Below, in pieces: positions 40,950 to 49,762 of a DNA stretch of 64,000 nucleotides; position 1 is the first letter of the stretch; the number at the start of each line of letters is the position of its first letter. The notes below the pieces were generated by a model. It was not told the DNA's origin. It ran no database searches and worked only from the letters and a program-made list of their open reading frames with translations. The position numbers and the translations under genes were made by a program. The stretch lies in the NCBI GenBank assembly GCA_035513215.1, contig DATKCK010000015.1, positions 27,682-91,681 of the forward strand, written 5' to 3'. Source of the DNA: Gammaproteobacteria bacterium. Lineage in GTDB: Bacteria; Pseudomonadota; Gammaproteobacteria; Steroidobacterales; Rariloculaceae.

Positions 40950-41816
40950 TCAGCGGCTGCTCATGCCCCAGCGCTCGACGGTGCGCCGCTCGATCGTCTT
41001 GAAGATCACGTTCTCGACGACGAGGCCGAACAGGATGACGGTCAGAAGGCCCGCGAATACGTCGGCGATCAGAAGCTGATTCTTGCGCTCGAAGACGAAC
41101 CAGCCGAGCCCGCCCGATCCGCCCTGGGCGCCGAAGACGAGCTCCGCGGCGATCAGCGTGCGCCAGGCGAAAGCCCAGCCGATCTTGAGGCCGGTCAGAA
41201 TGCTCGGGAATGCGCCCGGGATCAGAATCTTGAGGATATAGGCGCCGTGCGAGAGGCCGTAGTTCTGACCGACCATCCGCAGCGTGGGGCTCACGCTCTT
41301 GAAGCCCGAGAACGTATTCAGTGCCACGGCCCAGAGCACGGCATGGATCAGCACGAAGATGATGGCGCCCTCGCCGAGCCCGAACCAGAGCAGGGCGAGC
41401 GGCAGCAGCGCGATCGACGGCAGCGGATTGAACATGGCCGTCAGCGTCTCGAGCAGGTCCGCGCCGATGCGCGTCGCCGTCGCAAGCGCCGTCAGAGCTC
41501 CCGCGAGCGCGAGCCCCGCCAGATAGCCGATCAGCAGTATCGGAATCGTGTAGCCGGCCGCGGCCGGCAGCTCGCCGGACGCGAAAGCGCTGAAGGCCGA
41601 CGCGAGCGTGTCGAGGAAGGTCGGCAGCACGAGCTCGTTGTCGATGCGTCGGCCGTAGATCTCCCAGATCGCGGCGAGAACGACGAGGACCAGGCTTTTG
41701 CGCAGCCAGCCCATCGACCAGATCGATCGCCAGAGCGATCGCGGGCGCTCGACGACGTCGATGCGGTCCCGGTCGACTTCGTAAATGCGGTCGTCCCGCG
41801 CAGGCATCTCAGACAT
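40950..41816 (-). CDS. ABC transporter permease, SsuC/TauC/NrtB type
   Basis: PLPSIALLPL..LWFG, P.A.PSI.TGLKIGWAFAWR.LIAAE. Confidence 0.92.
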   Translation of the reverse strand: MSEMPARDDRIYEVDRDRIDVVERPRSLWRSIWSMGWLRKSLVLVVLAAIWEIYGRRIDNELVLPTFLDTLASAFSAFASGELPAAAGYTIPILLIGYLAGLALAGALTALATATRIGADLLETLTAMFNPLPSIALLPLALLWFGLGEGAIIFVLIHAVLWAVALNTFSGFKSVSPTLRMVGQNYGLSHGAYILKILIPGAFPSILTGLKIGWAFAWRTLIAAELVFGAQGGSGGLGWFVFERKNQLLIADVFAGLLTVILFGLVVENVIFKTIERRTVERWGMSSR

Positions 41817-42630
41817 TCTCGCGAGCCTCGGATCGTTCGCGATCGAACAGCAGGCTGTGGATGCGTTCCGATAGCAAGCGCCCCGAAGCGTCGACCTCGT
41901 CCGTGCCGTTGCAGCCGATCTCGGCCTTGGCCTGACCCGGGTGCGGCGACAAGAGCAGGATGCGCGTGCCGATCCGGATCGCTTCCGGGATCGAGTGGGT
42001 GACGAAGATCACGGTGAAGCGCGTGTCCTCACAGAGCCTCAATAGCTCCGACTGCATCTTGTCGCGAGTCAGCGCATCGAGGGCCGCAAACGGCTCGTCC
42101 ATCAGCAAGACTTCGGGCTCGGCCGCCATAGCCCGCGCGATCGCGACGCGCTGCTTCATGCCGCCCGAGAGCATGTGCGGATAGTTCCGGGCGAACTGGG
42201 TCAGCCCAACCTTGTCGATGAAATGGTGGGCGCGTGCCTCGGCGGCCCGGCGATCGAGCTTGCGGCCGGCAACGAGCGCAAAGCAGATGTTGTCGAGCAC
42301 GGTCTTCCAGGGTAAAAGCTGATCGAACTCCTGAAACACGAACGCGCGGTCCGGCCCCGGCTTCGTGATTGGCCGGCCGTTGAGCAGAAGCTCGCCTTCG
42401 GTCGGCTCGAGGAATCCGCCGATCGCTTTGAGCAAGGTCGATTTGCCGCAGCCCGAGGGACCGAGCAGCACGAATCGGTCGCCGCGCAGCACATCGAAGC
42501 TGACGCGATAGGTCGCCGTCGTGATCGTGGTTTCGCTGCGGTATTGCAGCGTCACGCTGCGTGCCGCGACGAGCGCAGACGCAGGCGTCGAATCGGGCAG
42601 CGGACTCGGGCTCGCGGGCACAGCCACCAC
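41809..42630 (-). CDS. ABC transporter ATP-binding protein, SsuB/TauB type
   Basis: GPSGCGKST, LLPWKTV, LSGGMKQR, LLMDEPFAALD, VTH. Confidence 0.95.
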   Translation of the reverse strand: MVAVPASPSPLPDSTPASALVAARSVTLQYRSETTITTATYRVSFDVLRGDRFVLLGPSGCGKSTLLKAIGGFLEPTEGELLLNGRPITKPGPDRAFVFQEFDQLLPWKTVLDNICFALVAGRKLDRRAAEARAHHFIDKVGLTQFARNYPHMLSGGMKQRVAIARAMAAEPEVLLMDEPFAALDALTRDKMQSELLRLCEDTRFTVIFVTHSIPEAIRIGTRILLLSPHPGQAKAEIGCNGTDEVDASGRLLSERIHSLLFDRERSEARENV

Positions 42631-43641
42631 CTAGCTGCCGGAGCTGTCGTGAATCTCGGGGAAGAAGAGGTCGCGCCAGGATGCCGGCAGGTTATCGATC
42701 GAGCCGATCGAGTGCATGAATTCGGCGTAGCGCATCGTGTTCTGCGGCGTCGTCGTGAACTCGATCTCGGGATCGGCAAGGAGCGCCGCGAGCTCGTCGC
42801 GGCTCAAGCCCGCGTCGCCGCGCGCCTCGATGAGAACGTCCGCTGCGGCGAGGCTATCCGCCTCGATCATCCCCATCGCTTCCTCGAGCGCTGCCAGCAC
42901 GGCCGCGTAAGCCTCGGGATTGCTTTCGCGATAGGCTCGCGTCGTCGACAGCATCGTGAACGTCGTCGCGCCGCCCATGACGTCGTTCGAGTTCTGGATC
43001 GTGCGGACGCCGGGATCGCGCCGCTCGCGCTGATGGAACGGCGGCGAAGTGTAGTGCGCGGTGATGTCGCTCGATTGCACCAGCATCGCGATGACGCCGT
43101 CCGGATGCGTCATCGAGACCGTGTAAGAGTCGAAGCGCGTTGCTTCATCGGCGCCGTAGCGCCCGGCCGCATACATCTGCATGATGATCGCGGGTATCGA
43201 CACCTTGATGGCCGTGACGGCGATCTTGTCGCCTTCACCGACGTCGTCGATCGACTCGAGATGCGGCGCGCGCGTATTGAGGTACATCGGCAGGGCCGAC
43301 ACGGCGGCTACGCCTCTGACGTCGAGCGAGTTTCGAGTGCGGTCCCAGAGCGTGATGAAGCCCGGCGGGCCCGCGATGATGAAATCGACCGAGCGCGATA
43401 TCAGGGCGTCGTTCATGACGGACGGGCCGCCGAGATCGAGCCACTCGACCGTGAGGCCGTCGAGCCCGGCCTCGGCCGCATGCTGCTCGATCAGCCCGTG
43501 CTCGCGCATCATCAGCAGCGGCAGGAAGCCGACGCCGCCGGCACCCGTCGGGATGCGAACGACGAGCGGGTCGCCCGAGCCGCCGCAGCCTGCGAGCAGC
43601 ACGCAGAGCGCGGCGAGACTTGCGCGCCGGATGCCTTTCAT
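42631..43641 (-). CDS. ABC substrate-binding lipoprotein, SsuA/NMT1 type
   Basis: Lipobox LAGC; directly upstream of ATPase and permease; MTHPD. Confidence 0.85.
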   Translation of the reverse strand: MKGIRRASLAALCVLLAGCGGSGDPLVVRIPTGAGGVGFLPLLMMREHGLIEQHAAEAGLDGLTVEWLDLGGPSVMNDALISRSVDFIIAGPPGFITLWDRTRNSLDVRGVAAVSALPMYLNTRAPHLESIDDVGEGDKIAVTAIKVSIPAIIMQMYAAGRYGADEATRFDSYTVSMTHPDGVIAMLVQSSDITAHYTSPPFHQRERRDPGVRTIQNSNDVMGGATTFTMLSTTRAYRESNPEAYAAVLAALEEAMGMIEADSLAAADVLIEARGDAGLSRDELAALLADPEIEFTTTPQNTMRYAEFMHSIGSIDNLPASWRDLFFPEIHDSSGS

Positions 43642-45008
43642 CGCGAGTCTCCGGCAGCGCGCCCGGCCGCTGTGCCGGGGCGCGAGTCTCTCGCGATCCG
43701 TCCCGCATTGTCGAGCGCGTCGATGCGCCAGCAGGCATCGATCAGCGCGTCGACCTGCGCCTGCGGCAGCGCGAGCACGGCCTGGTCGCGGAATTTCGCC
43801 TCGAGTTGCTCGTTGCTGAGCGGTCGATGGATATTGCCGAGCGATTGCTCGACGAAAAGCGAATGCACCGTGCCGTCCTCGAGCCGCACCTTGATGTCGA
43901 CCTGATCCTCGGTCACGGACTCGTCGGCGGCGACGCTGACGCGATTGCGCAGCCGCGCGAGCACCGGATCGGCGATGGCGTCCTCGGTGAACTCCTGGAT
44001 GCCGCCCTTGCCGCGGGCGAGTCCGATCGCCGCCGCGTGATAGATCGAGTACTTGCTCTGAAGCGCGCGATCGAGCTCGCGCTTGTTGCAGAGGTCGAGG
44101 ACGAGCGGCGCGACCTTGAGCTCGATCGATTCGATCCGCATCGGATCAGGCCGGTCGCGCTCGCGGATCCGGCTGCAGCCGTCGATCGTCGGGTGAACGA
44201 CGAGACCGCAGGCGTATGGCTTGTACGCGTTGCCGCGCAGCGCGAACTCGGTGCCTAGCCCTGAGCCGATCCTGTCGAGGTCATAATCCCGCGCCGTGAC
44301 CGGGGCGAAGCCGCGCGGGCCTTCGAGCGCCTGCTCGCCGGCCGTGAAATCGGCCGCCGCGAAGCGCGCCGCGGTCAGGCCGTTCTGTGCCGCGCGTCCC
44401 GGCTGAAACGACTTCGCCATCGAGCCGAACATCTCGCGGATGCCGGCGGCCTGCGTTGCCGCGAGGCCGAAGGCCCAGATCATCTGCCGCGTCGAAAGGC
44501 CGAGCAGCTTGCCAATCGCGGCCGCCGCGCCGAAAACGCCGGTCGTCGACGTGATGTGCCAGCCGGCTTTGTAGTGCGCGGGATAGACGGCGTCGCCGAT
44601 CCGCGATTCGACCTCGAATCCAAGTATGAAGGCGTGGACGAAATCGCGGCCGGACACAGGGTGCGCGCTCGCATAGGCGAAGAGCGCCGATGCGACCGGC
44701 ACGCTCGGATGAATGTAGTTCTGCGGCAGCGTGTCGTCGTATTCGTGCACGTGCGATCCGATGCCGTTCAGAAGCGCAGCGTTGAGCTCGTCGAACATCT
44801 CGCTTCTGCCGAGCACGCAGGCTTCCGGCTGACCGCTGAACGGCGCAAGCACCTCGATGGCCGTGTCGAGCGCGGGCTCGACACTCCCGCCCAGAGCACA
44901 GCCGAGATAGTTCAGGATCGCGCGCTTCGCCTCGGTCTGGACATCGGCCGGAATCGACTCGAGGTCCGATTGTGTGACGAAATCCGCGAGCTGTCGGGTC
45001 GGCGACAT
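43638..45008 (-). CDS. MmgE/PrpD family protein
   Basis: HVHEYDD, HPSVPV, GWH.T.T.G.FGAA, FGSMAKS, KPYACG...HP; start ATG 45008. Confidence 0.9.
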   Translation of the reverse strand: MSPTRQLADFVTQSDLESIPADVQTEAKRAILNYLGCALGGSVEPALDTAIEVLAPFSGQPEACVLGRSEMFDELNAALLNGIGSHVHEYDDTLPQNYIHPSVPVASALFAYASAHPVSGRDFVHAFILGFEVESRIGDAVYPAHYKAGWHITSTTGVFGAAAAIGKLLGLSTRQMIWAFGLAATQAAGIREMFGSMAKSFQPGRAAQNGLTAARFAAADFTAGEQALEGPRGFAPVTARDYDLDRIGSGLGTEFALRGNAYKPYACGLVVHPTIDGCSRIRERDRPDPMRIESIELKVAPLVLDLCNKRELDRALQSKYSIYHAAAIGLARGKGGIQEFTEDAIADPVLARLRNRVSVAADESVTEDQVDIKVRLEDGTVHSLFVEQSLGNIHRPLSNEQLEAKFRDQAVLALPQAQVDALIDACWRIDALDNAGRIARDSRPGTAAGRAAGDSR

Positions 45009-45016
45009 GGCGGACA

Positions 45017-46126
45017 CTACGGCGCGTACCGGACGCAGTAGATCGGCGGCAGGGTGTGGCTGACGCACTGCCAGTGAGCGCCCTGATCGTCGCTGACGAA
45101 GAGATTGCCCGTCGTGCTGCCGAAGGCGATCGAGTTGCCACTTGCGTCGATATCCATGCCGTGACGATAGACGAGATCATAGGAATGCTCCTGCGGCAGG
45201 CCGTCGGTCAGCTTCTCAAAGCTCTTGCCGCCGTCGCGCGTGCGCGTGGCGACGAGTCTACCGTCGACGGGATAGCGAAACTCGTCCTTGACGCCCGGCA
45301 CGAACCAGGCCGAATCGGGATCCTCGGGATGCACGACAACGGCGAAGCCGAAGACCGAGGGATCGACGTCGGTGATCTCGTCGCAGGTGCGACCCGAGTC
45401 GCGGCTCACGAAGATGCCGTTGTGATGCTGCATCCAGACCGCGTCCGGCGCCTCACGGCACTGCACGGCCCGGTGCACGTCCTGCCCGTTCGGCTCCTTC
45501 GCGAACTCCGGCGGCGAGTACTCGGCGCGCAGCCCCACGCCCTCGACGCTCCAGGTCTCGCCATGATCGTAGCTCGCCCAGACGCCGCCGCAGGAAACGC
45601 CGATGCGAATCGTCGCGGAGTCTCTCGGATCGACCATGATCGAATGAATGCCGGGATAGTCGGCGCCGCCGCCCATCCACTGCTTGCGGCCTTCGTGCCG
45701 CCAGAGCGACTCGACGAGCTGCCAGGTGTCGCCGTTATCGCTCGAATGAAACAGTCCGCCCGGAATCGTGCCGCACCAGAGCTCGCCGGGCCGATCGGGG
45801 CCGCCCGTCTCGAGCGACCAGACGGTCTTCAGATCCCAGGGGACCGGGGTTTGCCGGATCGGGTCGATGTCTTCGACGTCGTCGGGCTTGCCGGGATAAA
45901 CCGGAACCGGCCGCTCTTCGAACGTCTCGGCGCCGTCGGTGCTGCGTTTGATCTTGACGCCGAAGTGACCTTGCGCTTGCGCCGCGGTCACGGCGCCGTC
46001 GGCCCCGGGCAGCAGCATCGAGACAGGGTCGCCGAGCAGCGCCGCCTTCGTGATTTCCCAGCCGGAGCGCTTCCGGTCGATCGCGAAGAGTCCCTTGCGG
46101 GTGCCCGCATAAATCCGTCCTGTCAT
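45017..46126 (-). CDS. Asp-box (BNR) beta-propeller protein (exo-alpha-sialidase-like fold), no signal peptide
   Basis: Repeated S-x-D-x-G-x-T-W boxes: STDGAETF, SSDNGDTW, SYDHGETW, SRDSGRT, TRDGGKSF, SDDQGAHW. Confidence 0.85.
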   Translation of the reverse strand: MTGRIYAGTRKGLFAIDRKRSGWEITKAALLGDPVSMLLPGADGAVTAAQAQGHFGVKIKRSTDGAETFEERPVPVYPGKPDDVEDIDPIRQTPVPWDLKTVWSLETGGPDRPGELWCGTIPGGLFHSSDNGDTWQLVESLWRHEGRKQWMGGGADYPGIHSIMVDPRDSATIRIGVSCGGVWASYDHGETWSVEGVGLRAEYSPPEFAKEPNGQDVHRAVQCREAPDAVWMQHHNGIFVSRDSGRTCDEITDVDPSVFGFAVVVHPEDPDSAWFVPGVKDEFRYPVDGRLVATRTRDGGKSFEKLTDGLPQEHSYDLVYRHGMDIDASGNSIAFGSTTGNLFVSDDQGAHWQCVSHTLPPIYCVRYAP

Positions 46127-46131
46127 TGGTT

Positions 46132-46410
46132 CTATCCCCCGGAGAGCGCCTGAAACACGTGGACGCGACTGCCCGGCAGCAAGGGATCGCTCAGGCCCAG
46201 GCGATCCCTGATGTTACGGCCGTCGATCGTGACCTTGACGTGGTGCCTGACACCGCCCTGATCGTCCAGTATGTAACCGCGGACGTCGGGCCAACGGCCG
46301 AAGTAGCTCTCGAGACATTCGGCGAGCGTCGCGGCTTCGAGCGACTCGGTCGGACACGCGACGTGGCGGCGGAGATTCGGAGTGAACTCGATCGTGGGCA
46401 CGCCGGTCAT
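46132..46410 (-). CDS. MoaD/ThiS family ubiquitin-like protein
   Basis: 92 aa beta-grasp pattern ending ALSGG; ATG 46410 overlaps the upstream stop. Confidence 0.9.
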   Translation of the reverse strand: MTGVPTIEFTPNLRRHVACPTESLEAATLAECLESYFGRWPDVRGYILDDQGGVRHHVKVTIDGRNIRDRLGLSDPLLPGSRVHVFQALSGG

Positions 46411-47318
46411 CCGTTGGCTGCCGCGAGAATGCCGTAGGGCGTTCGCTCGAACCGGCGGCAGTTCGTGAGTGGGACCAGTGCCGTCGAGACGAACGCGTAT
46501 TGTCCGTTCAAGGCGGCATGGCTGATGCCGTCGGTAAAGACCATCCAGGCCGACATCGACGGAAATCGGATCTCCTGATAATCCGAGCGATCGTCCCGGA
46601 ACGACGGCGTCTCCTTCATATAGTTGTGTATGCGCCGCATCGAGCGGTCGTAGGGGCTCGAATCGATGACGCGAAGCAGCGGATAGACCTTGCTCGCGCC
46701 GGCGATGAGGCCGCTCAAAAGGCGATCCATCGGGCGCTTTTCGACCGGCACCTTGCGCTTGCCGCCTTTCGCGGCCGTCCAGAGCGGAGGGTGCCGCTGC
46801 ATGATCTGCTCGAAGCTGCCCTTCGTGCCCCAGACGCGGTCGCGCGTGGGATGCACGTTGACGAAGAATCTGAGGATTCGCGCGCCGTCGGTCGCGCCGT
46901 AAGCGCCGGCATCGATGTGAACGAGCTCGTTGCTCGATCGGGCTTCGAGATTGCGTCCCTGTTCCTCCACCGGCCGAAAGCTCGTCGTGCCGAAAGTCGA
47001 GCCCAGCACGAAATCGGGGACGGTCCGGCGCCAGAATTCGGCGACGCGCTTGCCATGGGCTCGGAGGAGGTTCTCGACCCGGATTTTCGTCTCGGCGTCT
47101 GCCTCGAAGCGTGGTACCGAGTCCGATTCCGGGTGATAGCTCAGGTTCTTGGCCTTCAGTGCCGCATCGAGCCCGCTTCTGAGCCATTCGAGGTCGCGCT
47201 CGGTCGGAAGCGCGATCGGGCATTTCGGGAAGTAAACGACCTCGCCGCCTTCGAGCGCGTCCTCGATCTCGTCGCTCGTCGAATCGGTGAAATCCCGGAG
47301 AGGGTATGCGTCGGTCAT
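46407..47318 (-). CDS. Kdo hydroxylase family (KdoO-like) dioxygenase
   Basis: LE.G.V.YFP, KNLSY, TSFRPVE, HID metal motif, RILRFFVN..P...RVW, S.YD..M..IHN.MK, WMVFTD..SHA. Confidence 0.8.
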   Translation of the reverse strand: MTDAYPLRDFTDSTSDEIEDALEGGEVVYFPKCPIALPTERDLEWLRSGLDAALKAKNLSYHPESDSVPRFEADAETKIRVENLLRAHGKRVAEFWRRTVPDFVLGSTFGTTSFRPVEEQGRNLEARSSNELVHIDAGAYGATDGARILRFFVNVHPTRDRVWGTKGSFEQIMQRHPPLWTAAKGGKRKVPVEKRPMDRLLSGLIAGASKVYPLLRVIDSSPYDRSMRRIHNYMKETPSFRDDRSDYQEIRFPSMSAWMVFTDGISHAALNGQYAFVSTALVPLTNCRRFERTPYGILAAANG

Positions 47319-48394
47319 ACTTTAATATCGCGCTCCTGAAACGCCTTGTCGAGCTTTTCGACGACATCGACGACCGCGATCCGATCCATCACGTCCGGCG
47401 CGCGCACGCGGCGGCCCCAGCGTATTTCGCCGACCTCGCAACCGAGCTCGTCGTGCACGGCTTCCGGATATTTATCGACAACGAGGTGCTGGCTCGCCCA
47501 GGGCCCGGTCCGGAAGCGGTTCGAGCTGGCATAAAGCCCGACGACGGGCGTGCCGACGGCGGTTGCCATGTGCGCGGGGCCGGAATCGGGGCAGAGCAGG
47601 ACGCTGGCGCGTTGGATCAGGCAGAGCAGTTGCTTCAGCGTCGTCTGGCCGATCAGGTTTTCCACGGGGCACGACGCGAGCCGGGATATTTCGACGCCGT
47701 AGCTTCGCTCGAGCTCGGTCGTTCCGCCGGTCAGCAGAATGCGCGCGCCGAAGCGCGTATGCGCATAGTCGGCGGTGGCCGCGTATCGCTCGGCGCGCCA
47801 GTTGCGAAAGTTGCGAAAGCGCTGGCCCGTGCAGGGGCTGATGACGAGGCATGGGCTCCCGGCACCGATCGTGCGCGCCGCGAATTCGCGATCGCTGTCG
47901 GCAACGGGAATGTCCCATCGCGGACGGCCGGGCTCAATTCCGAGCGCCTCGACGAACTCGAACAGGCCATCCATGACGTGCCGCTCGGCCCGCGCGGGAA
48001 TGTGCGCGTTACAGAACCAGTACTGGCCGTCTCTCGCGCGCGCGCGGTCGAAGCCGAAGCGCAGGGGGGACTGGACGCAGAGGCTGGCAAGATTCGCGCG
48101 CTGCGACGCGTGCATGTGAAGGAGAACGGGAAAGCGGCGATTCGCGATCTGCCGCCGCAGCGTGGGATAGCCGCGCCAGCCGAGTGACTTGTCGAGCACG
48201 GCGAAGCGCACGCACTCCATGCCCTGCATCAGCGAGTGCTCGACCCGGCCGATGATCCACGTGATCTCGGTATCGGGCCAGGCATCCTGGATCGCGCGCA
48301 CGACGGGTACCGTGTGGCAGGTATCCCCGATGGCCGAGAGCCTTACGATGCAGAGGCGCCCGGGCGGCTCGGTGAGCGGCAGCCGCGTGCGCAC
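47315..48394 (-). CDS. Glycosyltransferase family 9 (LPS heptosyltransferase-like)
   Basis: IVRLSAIGD, LIGQTTLKQL, CPDSGPAHMA, GTPVVGLY; start chosen at GTG 48394. Confidence 0.9.
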   Translation of the reverse strand: MRTRLPLTEPPGRLCIVRLSAIGDTCHTVPVVRAIQDAWPDTEITWIIGRVEHSLMQGMECVRFAVLDKSLGWRGYPTLRRQIANRRFPVLLHMHASQRANLASLCVQSPLRFGFDRARARDGQYWFCNAHIPARAERHVMDGLFEFVEALGIEPGRPRWDIPVADSDREFAARTIGAGSPCLVISPCTGQRFRNFRNWRAERYAATADYAHTRFGARILLTGGTTELERSYGVEISRLASCPVENLIGQTTLKQLLCLIQRASVLLCPDSGPAHMATAVGTPVVGLYASSNRFRTGPWASQHLVVDKYPEAVHDELGCEVGEIRWGRRVRAPDVMDRIAVVDVVEKLDKAFQERDIKV

Positions 48395-48413
48395 GAGCCC
48401 GTTGCCGCGATGC

Positions 48414-48809
48414 TCAGTCGAAGGTTTCGCCTTCGAAGCCCCAGCCATAGCCATCCGAGGGTCGGAGCAGGCTTTGCATGCGCAGCCGGTGCAGCTCGGG
48501 ATTGCGAGAAGGATTGCCGGTGATGATGACGTGATCGCCGGCCCTGAGCGACTCGCGCGTGACGCCCTGGCCCGAGAGCTGGCCGGCGCCGCCCCATTCG
48601 ATACCCCAGCGGACCATCTCCCCGTTCTCGTTCTCGGCCAGCAGGTCGACCGAGGCATGCGGGTTGCGAAAATGAAAAGCAACGAGCGTCCCTTCGATTC
48701 TGACTTCCTTCGACTCGTCATAGGTGGCCGTGAAGGAGTGGTGGGCCTCGGCGCCGATCGCGAGGATCAGTCCAAAGGCTGCTGCCACCAGCATGCGCGT
48801 GCGCTTCAT
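48414..48809 (-). CDS. DUF6152-like exported protein, second copy
   Basis: Signal peptide then AHHSFTATYD...EGTLV.F.FRNPH; GGAGG SD before ATG 48809. Confidence 0.75.
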   Translation of the reverse strand: MKRTRMLVAAAFGLILAIGAEAHHSFTATYDESKEVRIEGTLVAFHFRNPHASVDLLAENENGEMVRWGIEWGGAGQLSGQGVTRESLRAGDHVIITGNPSRNPELHRLRMQSLLRPSDGYGWGFEGETFD

Positions 48810-48843
48810 CGTATCCCTCCAGTAGTGCTCCGTTGCGCCCATT

Positions 48844-49761
48844 TTAGCGTCTTTGCTGCGCGCTTGGCTGAACGCCGGCTGAAAGCATGCGCCGGGCGAT
48901 CGAAACGAAAGCGAGCGCGGTCGCCGGCATGACTGCGGCGTAGATCAGGGCGGAAATCGCGAATTCCGGCACATCGAGAATCACGTAGGCGATCGCAAGG
49001 CCAAGCGCCAGGTTCTGCACGCCGACCTCGAACGTAATGGTCACCACCTGCTCGACGGGCAAGCGAAACAGCTTCGCGGCGCCGAAGCCGAGCGCCATTG
49101 TCAGGACGTTCATGACGATGACGAGAAGGCCTGCGGCCGCGAAGTTGTCGACGATCTCCTCGATGCTGGCGACGACGCCGAGCAGAAGCACGAGAATCAT
49201 GAGCCAGAGCACGGCCTTACGAATTGGCTCGACGGCCCGCTCGGCGAGAGCGGGAAAGAAATGGCGAAACAGCATGCCGAGTGCCAGTGGAATCAGAGTG
49301 AAGCCCATGAGATTGAGCAGCATGTTCTGCGCCGACATCGTGACGACTTGACCCGGCTCGGCGAAAACCCGGAGCGCGAGCTCGATGAGGAAGGGAATCG
49401 TGAACACCGTGATGACGCTCGTCAGCGCCGACAGCGTCACGCAGAGCGGCACGTCGGCGCGCGCGGCAAACGTGTAGGCATTCGCCGTGACGCCGCTTGG
49501 GCAGGCGGCGAGGATGACGAGCCCGACGGCGATGGCGGGCGGCGCGTCGAATGCGAGCGCCAGCAAGAATGCCGTCAGGGGTAGGCCGACGAGCTGTGCC
49601 ACGAGCCCGACCGTCACCGCCTTGGGGAACACGATGACTCGTTTGAAATCCACGAGTGTCAGCGAGAGCCCGAGGCCGGCCATGACGAGCCGAAGCACCC
49701 AGGGCACGATCTCCGAGTTGACGAACTCGGCCTGGCCGCTGAAGCGTGCGATCCATTCCAT
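48844..49761 (-). CDS. Bile acid:sodium symporter family transporter
   Basis: M..LGLSL, Q...LP, ACPSG..AN, E.GVQN. Confidence 0.9.
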   Translation of the reverse strand: MEWIARFSGQAEFVNSEIVPWVLRLVMAGLGLSLTLVDFKRVIVFPKAVTVGLVAQLVGLPLTAFLLALAFDAPPAIAVGLVILAACPSGVTANAYTFAARADVPLCVTLSALTSVITVFTIPFLIELALRVFAEPGQVVTMSAQNMLLNLMGFTLIPLALGMLFRHFFPALAERAVEPIRKAVLWLMILVLLLGVVASIEEIVDNFAAAGLLVIVMNVLTMALGFGAAKLFRLPVEQVVTITFEVGVQNLALGLAIAYVILDVPEFAISALIYAAVMPATALAFVSIARRMLSAGVQPSAQQRR

Positions 49762-49762
49762 C

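Noticed and set aside
45017-46126. Calling the Asp-box protein a true sialidase
   Set aside because: Asp-boxes are structural and occur in many propellers; I could not identify the FRIP motif or Arg triad, and there is no export signal.
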